The translations under genes and the position numbers were made by a program. A stretch of 64,000 nt of DNA from Octopus vulgaris (Eukaryota): positions 1,860,001 through 1,924,000 of the forward strand of contig OX597832.1 of the NCBI GenBank assembly GCA_951406725.2. The letters are read 5' to 3'. Below the pieces are notes generated by a model. It ran no database searches and was not told where the DNA came from. It saw only the letters and a list, made by a program, of their open reading frames with translations. Below, piece by piece: positions 13,685 to 23,536 of the stretch. The stretch's first letter is position 1; every line of letters starts with the position of its first letter.

Positions 13685-13693
13685 GTATATATA
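13562..13693. repeat. (TA)n microsatellite
   Basis: Read directly. Confidence 0.97.
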
Positions 13694-15215
13694 CTCCCGC
13701 CCATGCTGCCGCACTTGCCCTTACCTCTCCAACACCACCTTCCTCACCGGCACCCATCATCGACCCTATCGCATCATCGACTCCTTCACCTGCACCTCCG
13801 TGACATCCGTCTCGGCAATGACACTCCAGTCTCACGCCATTTCCGCTCCACCGGTCACTCCTTGCAACACCTGCCTGTGTTCGAATTGTCCTTGCACAGA
13901 GGCCATCCGGACTCCCGCTTGCGCTGTGAACAGGGATTAATCTTCTCTCTTCGCTCTTTTACGCCATTTGGGCTCAACTCTCCTCCCCTTTTCATCTAAC
14001 CTCCTCCCCGACTCCTACTTCTCTTCACACCTACATCTTTTCACCCCTACTCTCTTTCCCACTTCCTCCCTCTTTTCCCTCTACTCTCTTTCCCTCTTCT
14101 CCCCTACTCTCTTTCTCCCTGCTCCCTCACTCCCCTTCTCTCCTCTCCGCCCTCCCTCCTCCTTCTTCCCACACAACTCTCCTCTCTTGCCCCAACTCCT
14201 ACTTCTCTTTACTCCTACTTCCCTCCTACATCTCTTCACTGCTACTTCTCTTCACCCCTACTCTCTTTCCCTCTTCTCTCTTACTCTCTTTTTCTCTTCT
14301 CTCCTACTCTCTTTCTCTCTTTCTCCCTCCTCCTTCCCTCTTCCCTCCTCCCCTCCTTCCCTCTTACTTTCTTTCTCTCTTCTCTCTTTCTCTCTTCTCT
14401 CTTATTCCCTTTCTCTCTCCTCTCTTATTCTCTTTCTCTCTTCTCTCCTACTCTTTCACTCTCTCTTTCTCTCTTCTCTCTTACCTTCTCTTTCTCTCTT
14501 CTCTCTTACTCTCTTTCTCTCTTCTCTCCTCCTCTCTCTCCTCACATATACACCTTCCCCTCCCTCGTAAACCCACCCACCCCTACTCCACCTTCCCTAT
14601 CCTTCCCATCCCCCCACCCTATCCCACACCTCTCCCCCACATAACTCACCTCCACCCCCAGCCGAACCCACACCCCGCCCGTGCCTCCCCCACCTCCCCA
14701 CAACATCACACCACACTACACTACACCATACACTATTACACGCCTCCCTCACCTCCCCACAGCATCACACCACACCACACTACACCATACAACATTACAC
14801 ATCACATCACAACACACCACCCACACACCCATCCCCACATCTTCACACCTACACATACATACACACACACGTCCAGACCACAAGCCCTCTTTCACACGCA
14901 CATACATGCACTCTTATACACACACGCACCTTTGTGTTGGGGTCTCCGTGTTAGAGGTCATTTTGACCTTGTTATCTCCCCTACTTTTCCCCTCTCGTCT
15001 GACCATTTTGTCCGAGTCAGACGCCATGATAGATCGTTAGCCACTACACACTTTTTTCTCGCCTTGTTTTTTCTGTATACCTTTCTGTAGAAGAGCGTAG
15101 GCTCGAAACGTAAAAGACTTTTTTCTATTCCTGAGCGCTATACTAATACATCTGTTTGTTTTGTACACCACCTGTCTTCGTCTTTTGGCTGTTGTTTTTT
15201 TGTAAACTTTACCTT

Positions 15216-15216
<1 letters not shown>
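13694..15216 (+). mobile_element. Penelope-like element family P1, 3' fragment with expanded CT-rich and CA-rich UTR and pseudo-LTR
   Basis: Inverted homology to 11765-12600; GIY-YIG motifs lost by a deletion near 13799; same terminal repeat. Confidence 0.9.
15081..15116 (+). ncRNA. Minimal type I hammerhead-like motif (CUGUAGA core variant)
   Basis: CTTT-CTGTAGA-A-GAGC-gtag-GCTC-GAAA-CG-TA-AAAG; stems I and II pair perfectly. Confidence 0.7.
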
Positions 15217-15247
<31 letters not shown>

Positions 15248-15328
15248 TAAGGGTAGAAACTGATATTAATCAATTAAAACCAGTGGCCTAGCATATTTTT
15301 GTTTAAAAAAGATAAAAAATTGTGTATG

Positions 15329-15389
<61 letters not shown>

Positions 15390-15395
<6 letters not shown>

Positions 15396-15581
15396 TCCAA
15401 ACATGAAAACACAAAGAGAAAGCACAACAACGCGAGGACGTGGAACAAGTATAGTATTATTGAAAAGAAGGAAAGGAGGATTTAACGTTTCGAGCGGAGC
15501 TCTTCGTAAGAAACATAAGAAAAGGAAAGATCCAAAGAAAGGAAGACGGAGGAAAAAAATCGCCAACGGTACACAAGCGGT

Positions 15582-15586
<5 letters not shown>
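15390..15586 (-). mobile_element. Solo PLE pseudo-LTR-like unit, family P2, with mutated hammerhead (15480-15514)
   Basis: Homologous end to end to 20710-20918; flanked by (TA)n on both sides; core reads CTTACGA. Confidence 0.8.
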
Positions 15587-15635
<49 letters not shown>

Positions 15636-16173
15636 CATACATATATATAGTATATAATAGATATATAGATATATATATATGCATACACAGCACACACACA
15701 TACATATATATAATTCTTTTTCAGATCTCGAAGTATATAAAGCTACAGATAATAGTAAATGTTAAACTGAAAAGCCTTTTGAATAGAAAAACTCGAAAGC
15801 TACTTGTGGGACTGGAATCGACATCTGTCGACATGGCACGTCTGCAGGAGATGTAGGCTCGAGTCCGACGGGCAACCTTCACCTTTTTCAATCCAAAAGA
15901 TTCCAGTTCGTTTTATGTTGACTCAGACACAGTTGTTACACGTAATAGCTTGAGACCATAATCCTGTCTTTTTTAAGACCAGTTTATAACTCGAACCAAG
16001 CACATTGAAATATATAAGGGTGTATCGAGGACTAAAAACGTATTACACATATATCTACATTGTAAATATGAAACTATATTTTTTATAGCTGTCTGGAACA
16101 CTTTGGACCTTGGAGACAAATGTCTCGTTTACAGATGTATTAAGATGTGTCATGTAAAGTGTATGGGAACATA

Positions 16174-16226
<53 letters not shown>

Positions 16227-16229
<3 letters not shown>

Positions 16230-17860
16230 TAGACATCGCGCTCGACTTGGACTCCAGTACATATAAGCCCTGCCGCAAACTAAACGAAAGGCTAACGTGC
16301 ATCAACACAGCCTCCTACCACCCACCCTGGTGAAGGATGTTAGTAAGAGGATCGCGAACCTTTCCTCCAACCAAGTTATTTTCGATGCAGCAGCTCCTTA
16401 CTATAACGAGGCCCTAGCTGCTTGCGGATTTAGTGACCGCATCTCCTACATACCGGAACCCAACAACCGCGGAAGTAAGCGCCGCTGAAATACCATTTGG
16501 TTTGCCCCACTTTGTCTCTTAACACAAAAATGCCCGTTGGTGGAATATTGCTTAAATTAAATGATAAGCATTTCACTAGCTCCCATAAGTACGGGCCCAT
16601 TTTCAACAGGTACAACGTTAGAGCCTCTTTTAGCTGTGCCCTCAATATTAAGAGCATTCTTGTTAGCGCCCCTAGGCCATGGGAGGAAACAAGATGTTCA
16701 TGCAGGGGCCGCAACAAATGCTCGGTGGGAGGCCACTGCAAAGCCAAATGGATTGTCTATGAAGCCGAAGTACTAGCAAACCATGGCAATACTACTAGTA
16801 GATGCAGCAGCAGCCGTTGATACGGGAACAGAACCAGCAACGCCGCCACCATCGCCACAGTTGACAACATTAACAACAATAACAGTAACAGCACCAGCGA
16901 AATCATTGGCAGTTCCCCCAACAGCATCGACACTAACAATAACATCAACATCGCCATCAGCAGCAGCATTACGAACAGCTTCCTTAACGTTCACAGAAGC
17001 AGACCTGACAGTCCCTATAGCAGCAACAACAGGTCCAGTGCCACCGCCAGCTATAACGACAATAATAGCGATAATGGCAACAACAGCAGCAGCAGCGACA
17101 GTGGCCCTAGCAGAAATACCAGCAGAACCACAGCTAATGACATCTCTAGCAGCAAAGGTAACTCTTCCACCAATGACGAAGACCATAATAACAACAACAG
17201 CACCTTCACCATCACCGGCTGTGGTGATACCGACACCACCACCCCCACCACCTCCAGCGACGCCAACACCAGCAACAACGATGACGGCGGCAACAACAAC
17301 AGCAACACCAGCAGATACAGATACAGCGCCGACAACACACGCCCATGGAGATACATTGGATGTTCACTGGCCAGCCACCTCTGGCAACTGAGAGACGATG
17401 GGATTCCATACTCGATCTCATGGAAAATCCTCGAGAACCCAGGCCCCAATATCAACGGGACAAAATATTGCAAATTATGCATAGCTGAACGGGCGATAAT
17501 TTTAAAGGATTCCCACGAACTAGGGAACATCCTTAACTCCTGAACGGATATTTTTGGGCCATGTTTACATTTCAGGAGGTTTCTGCTAGCCTTTTGGAAC
17601 CCACAAGATGGCGGTACAGCTGGAAGTCGATAACCGATAACCAAAGGAGATATTTCCCATTGGTACTTTTGAATAGTGAGGCTTAAAGAGGTCTTGAGTC
17701 AACAGGTTTTGGGATCTGACGATACGCCATAAAGCTAAACCCTTTATGGACGGGAAACCTGAGGTAATCCCATAAACCGGCCTTCCCCATTTCTAATATA
17801 TACTACTCTGTAACTTAGAGTGTGCTTCTTTTGGATTTATATTTTTACAGACGATATATA
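16227..17860 (+). mobile_element. Penelope-like element family P3 (distinct clade), decayed, 5'-truncated
   Basis: FLDI.LDL..STYKP.RK; SKRIANLSSN..FDAAAPYYNEAL..CGF; IFNRYNVRASFSC; CSCRGRNKC..GHC..IVY; YIG; ISWKIL..CKLCIAERAII; hammerhead in the 3' region. Confidence 0.85.
17711..17771 (+). ncRNA. Type I hammerhead ribozyme
   Basis: Stem I GGGAT/ATCCC, core CTGACGA, stem II ccataaag/ctttatgg, GAAA, stem III CC-tga-GG, GTA cleavage triplet. Confidence 0.82.
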
Positions 17861-17864
17861 TATG

Positions 17865-18213
17865 TGACCGTTTTCTGTGCACAGTTTGTCACAGACTATG
17901 CCTTTCTTTCGCTACACTCAAGTCTCATCTGCGAAGCCGCGAAAAGCGAATCTCCACCAACTATTCTGCCTATATGTCTGTGCACACCTTTCAATGCAAT
18001 GTATGCCGGAAGGTTTGCAAATCTAACGGAGGCCTCAAAAGATATTTTAAGATCCACAAAAATCAGAACTTATCTGCAGCTCTTGGTGATCCAAATCGGA
18101 TCTGCAATCTATGTGGGTGTCTTTTCAAAACATTGTCTAGTTTGAAAAGCCACATCAGCTGCTGTGATCGTTCTAAGGTATAGGTACTCTGCATAAGGAG
18201 TAGATAACCACCA
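17865..18213 (+). mobile_element. 3' fragment of a LINE (RTE-like) encoding two C2H2-type zinc fingers
   Basis: CNVCRKVCKSNGGLKRYFKIH and CNLCGCLFKTLSSLKSHISCC, short UTR, then microsatellite; the RTE at 9850-9915 has a similar terminal finger. Confidence 0.55.
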
Positions 18214-19047
18214 TGTGTGTGTGTGTAGCAAATAGTGAGGGATTGTAAATCCGGGCATAATACTTTATAAGCTCTCCAGGCAAACTATATTACTTAGATT
18301 AGTGGAGAACTCCAAGTAATCTTTTGGTAGGGTCCCAAGTTACGGTTCCTCACAATTCTATATTGTAAATCGGTGGATGGACTTCAGATAAACTAGGCTT
18401 TTTTTTACAGAGAGTGATATTTAAGAAACAAGTTTAAAATAATGGTCATTACATTTAATTACTATATTAGAACAAATTTGGCTCACAACTGTCTCCAGTA
18501 GTCATTCACCCTACTTGTAACATCTCTAAATATATCGATATTTATACCCTGATAATAAGACCTTTCATTACGTTTATTATATGAATAAAACAAGAATCCT
18601 TCGCACTCTAACATTATTCCCCCACTATGCTAGATTAAAACTGAAAATTACTGTCTTAGACTGAATCACGTCCATGAAAAACCCTTATCAAATTTCATCA
18701 CATTGGCGGGAGAATGTTTGACCTATATACAAAGCTAATATGGCAATGGGTGCTGACCCATGTTTGTGACTATCCTTCTCTCAAATTTTGCAACACAATA
18801 CCCGCTACTACTACTACCTTACTTGCTCCCATCCCCTTGTAACCTGTCTTTCTCTGTTCTCTATTCTATTCGAACATCCCAATCTTCCCTCACTTTTCCC
18901 ACACAATAGCAGTCGATAACGATACGACGCTATGTAAAGCTTCACTGAAATATATACTGGTGAAGATGTATGCGAGCAGCGAACATAAAAACATTTTCGT
19001 CTTACCTCTAGGTAGAACATCGTAAAAATGGACAACCCAGAATTGAT

Positions 19048-19123
19048 AAGCTAGGACCCGAGTTTCGCACTTTCGAAAAAACGGTTGTTATCATAAATTT
19101 GATTAGTCTTCATCAGCTAGATT
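19048..19123 (-). ncRNA. Type I hammerhead motif with long loop 2
   Basis: Reverse complement AATCTAG-CTGATGA-AGAC-(35 nt)-GTGC-GAAA-CTCGGG-TC-CTAGCTT; core intact, stem II damaged. Confidence 0.72.
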
Positions 19124-19507
19124 CACCTGTGACGAAAATTGTAAAATATCTCTACATCTTCCTAGTATATTCGGATAAACGCTTAGCCGTTAACAACCGA
19201 TATTAGTGAAGTTTTACATGGCGTTATATCGTTATCGACCGCTATTTCCAGCAAACATTAGTGCCTTGTCGTAATACTATTTCTTATTTATAATTCTACC
19301 TGTACGGTGCTCTATTTGGCTGGAAAGGGATACTATCGTATTGCAATATTTAAATTTTTTAAGATAAGTGTTAACCACTCGGATTATCTTGAATGGGACA
19401 CAATTTTTATAGAAAACTTTTTCACTGATCTCGGTTGTTAACGGCTAAGCGTTCGGCCGAATATACTGGCAAGATGTAGAGATATTTTACAATTTTCGTC
19501 ACAGGTG

Positions 19508-19583
19508 AATCTAGCTGGTGAGGACGAATCAAATTTACGATAACAACCGTATTTTCGAAAGTCCAAAACTCGGGTACTAGATT
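19508..19583 (+). ncRNA. Type I hammerhead motif with long loop 2 (core mutated)
   Basis: AATCTAG-CTGGTGA-GGAC-(35 nt)-GTCC-AAAA-CTCGGG-TA-CTAGATT; stems I and II perfect, two core substitutions. Confidence 0.68.
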
Positions 19584-19838
19584 ATCAATTCTGGGTTGTC
19601 TATTTTTACGATGTTCTGCCTGGAGATAAAATGAAAATGTTTTTATGTTCGCTGCTCACATACATCTTCGCCGGTATATATTTCAGTGAAGCTTAACATA
19701 GTGACGTATCGTTATCGACTGCTATTTCCAGCAAACATCGGTGTTTTGTCGTACCACTAATTCTTATTTATAATTCTGCTTGTACGGTGCTTTATTTGGC
19801 TGAAAAGTGGTACTATTGTATTGCAATGATATTTAAAA

Positions 19839-19884
<46 letters not shown>

Positions 19885-20709
19885 TTTGTACATATATATA
19901 TATATGGGGGGTATAGGTATTTATTTGTAAAAATGTTATGGTGTGACGTACTGAATGACATACAAAAAACTTCTCAGTTAAATGAAAGTTTGTGTTAGTT
20001 GGTGATAGAAAACATTATCCTGTGCGTAACTGTCGCCTTCCCTACAAACAAAGAATATGATTTACCCTAGGCATATAAATTAATTTTGGAAAATTTAATT
20101 CTCAATTTCCCGAAATTGTCTCCCAGGCTCTTTGAGATTCATTAATGATTACTACTGAAGGGTAATTTCAATTAATTTGAAATTTTCTTGCGTCCGTTAT
20201 TCTGTACGCTGTTATTTATTTATATGTTATTGCATAACTTGAGTTGCTTTCTAATAACATTTTTTTAAAATTACTAACATTCAAATACTCTGCGTAATTT
20301 CTTTTTATATATAAAAACTTGTCCAATTAGTCAAAGCAAACTGAAGTAGAATCTGCTGTGCTGATGATGTTCAATAAGACTAAAACATGATCGTAGCTAT
20401 CTCTCTTACTTGCAAGCAATAATCAGATTTTCGCCTCGGAATGAGGATATTTTTTTGTGACATTTATTCTTAATATCTTGAAACTAACATTCGCTAACAA
20501 TTAATGTTAGCTTTTTGTTTTCTCTGTTCAACTGAGAAGGATATATCAATTGAGCTTTTTTTAAGTACGCCATACATTCTATGGTTCCTAAGCTTATTTG
20601 GTTAAATTCATGTCATTGACCTACTTAAATCATTCTTTTTACCTAATTTCACTTATTTTTCTTATATATATATGTGTATATACATATATATATATATATA
20701 TATTCAAAA

Positions 20710-21029
<320 letters not shown>

Positions 21030-21443
21030 TATGTGTGTGTGTTCACATATTTATACACAAAATGTTCCTTTAAATATGTGTTAGTATATGTTAGCATGAA
21101 TTTATAAGGATCGCGCCCTCTAAATCTTTTATTTTTTGCAAAGAAGACCTAAAATATGCTGCATCTATCTATCTATCTGTCTGTCTGTCAGTCTGTCTGT
21201 CTATCTGTGAATTTAATACAGAATCGATCAGCTCTTTTCTCTCTTTGTCATGTGTTCATTGCCAATAAATAGATTATCGAATCAATTATCCCCACCCCCA
21301 CCATCACCACCACCACATCTGAAATTCCGTAAAGAATCTATTAAGGAGAAAAAATAATTTTACAATGACGTAGACAGATTGATATAGCGATGTAATTGCA
21401 TACGTCGTGTTTTACTTTAAAGTAATGTTCTCCTGAACAATAC

Positions 21444-21474
<31 letters not shown>

Positions 21475-21833
21475 GAATACAATTCTTTGGTTTGATCCAC
21501 TATTAAATATCTTATCATTTTGCTTAACTGATTGAGAAATCTTGTTGTTACTTCCATTTCTAAGTATTGATTTCCTTCATTTAGCACAAGGCTATATGTT
21601 ATTAGAATATCGGGCTACTGTAAAGTTAATGCATTCCCCAAATAAGTAAAAAAAAGGCTTGTTTTTTTTTTTTGACCGGGTATCCAAACTACGAAAAAAG
21701 CATAACTCACAACGATATTACCATATTTCCTAGAAGTTTTGCTGTAATCTTCAATCAGCTCCATTAGTTCTTGAGAGTGATTCTGTCCATAGGTGATAGA
21801 CCAGTAGTTGAGAAGGGGAGATAATTTCAAGAT

Positions 21834-22233
21834 TACTCTTTTACTTGTTTCAGTCATGTGACTGTGGCCATGCTGGAGCACCGCCTTTAGTCGGGCAAAT
21901 CGATCCCAGGACTTAGTCTTTGTAAGCCTAGTGCTTATTCTATCGGTCTTTTTTGCCGAACCGCTAAGTTACGGGGACGTAAACACACCAGCATCGATTG
22001 TCAAGCGATGTTTGGGGGACAAGCACAGACACACAAACACATACACACACACATATATATATACATATACATATATACAACGGGCTTCTTTCAGTTTCCG
22101 ACTACCAAATCCCCTCACAAGGCTTTTGGTCGGCCCGAGGCTATAGTAGAAGACACTTACCCAAGGTGCTACGCAGTGGGACTGAACCCGGAACCATGTG
22201 GTTAATAAGCAAGCTACTTACCACACAGCCACT
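21834..22233 (-). mobile_element. tRNA-derived SINE, family A (well preserved)
   Basis: Minus-strand head gtggctgtgtggtaagtagc..ggttcagtccc, internal microsatellite, conserved tail. Confidence 0.92.
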
Positions 22234-23536
22234 GAAGTGTATAAAATTGGTCATATTTCATTCTAAAAAATGTTAGCTTCTTGAGAATATCTAACAATAA
22301 TCTCAAATATCTAAACATTTCCTACTTATTTCACAGTGCCGTCGTCGAATTCAAATTTTACCCTGCATAATAAGCAATGTTAATAACAGTGATCTTCATA
22401 ATAATAAATATTTTCTAGTGGAACAGTATTTTGTTTCAATATTTATTTCAATAAATATTGTCCAACAGAATAATATTTATTTCTGGGTATAAAAATTCTG
22501 ATCCGAAAATTAGGGGTTTCATATTTTAGTTTTGGAGGAAGTTTTGATTTTCCTGTATTTCCCAAGGGTGTTTGGCCAGGAAACAAAGTTGTCTCCCATT
22601 CAAGATAAGCCGAGTGGTTAACAATTATCATACTATTATTTCATTCATACCAGGAAAGTTGACTTTGTGAGAGTGGATGGGTTAAATGCCGAATATAGAG
22701 AAATGAAAATAGACATCCTCTTATTAATAAATTTTATTTACTAAAAACTTTATAAGTATTTACAAAAGGACATATTACACTAGTATTTAGTGATATTGGT
22801 TCTACATTTGTTTTCTACAGTAGCATATTTTTTTAGATTTGCTTACAACATAAAAAAGGCAAAAATAAACAAATTTGTTATGCACTTGAATATCAGTTAG
22901 ACCTATAACATTTTAAGTGGCCGCATGTTGTGACGGAGTTCGTTTTAATATAAGCATGAAATTTAATTCAAGTAATTTAAAAGATGAAAGGCAATAAAAA
23001 AATAAAGTTGCCCATATCAGAAAATGTTTTGTTGTCTTTTGAAATTAGCAATGACACAGCTGTTTACATTTTACGAAAAGTACTAATCGAATGTCTTAAC
23101 TTCATTTGTTGAGAACTTCATAACAGTATGCCAGTAAAAATGAAGCCAATGTACAAACGTAGACTTAAGACATTCAGGCACTGGTAGCAGCTGGTCGAAT
23201 CGGTATACTGTCTGGCTCAGAATAGCCAGTCCGTGTCTTGACACTATGATGATCAAGACACCTAACCCTCATTGGCTCTAATAGGCTTTAGATTAAATAC
23301 TTCCAGTATTCAGTCAGATCTCAGATTAAAATCTATCACATTAAAAAGAAAGGGTGTATAATATCCTCTCCACCCCCCACCCACAAAAAGAAGAAAAACA
23401 TAGGGTGTTGTCAACTGGAACGCTCTTGAGCATAGTTCATCTCTATTAGGACTGACCTAAGGCTACACAACAACAGCTAGGTAGAAGTTACTGTTGTAAT
23501 ATCAGTTATTCTATATTTAAAAAATGCTATGAGATA

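Larger units (their letters stand above)
18905..19841. mobile_element. Inverted plus partial tandem repeat unit, family P4 (PLE pseudo-LTR-like)
   Basis: About 295-bp inverted arms 18905-19200 and 19431-19726; about 155-bp direct repeats 19205-19356 and 19685-19841. Confidence 0.85.

Noticed and set aside
16783-17391. 202-aa mucin-like Thr/Ala/Pro ORF as a host gene
   Set aside because: It lies inside a PLE between the two halves of GIY-YIG and is an alternative frame of a trinucleotide-derived insert
16486-17543. In-frame TGA codons in the P3 PLE as selenocysteine
   Set aside because: Two fall where Arg is expected (CGA to TGA decay), the copy has other lesions, and no SECIS was recognised
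18233-18350. Possible permuted twister ribozyme (GAGGG..GGTCCCAAGT)
   Set aside because: P4 and P1 do not pair properly and the UAA cleavage motif is absent
20358-20400. CTGATGA followed by a short hairpin as a hammerhead
   Set aside because: No GAAA box and no convincing stem I
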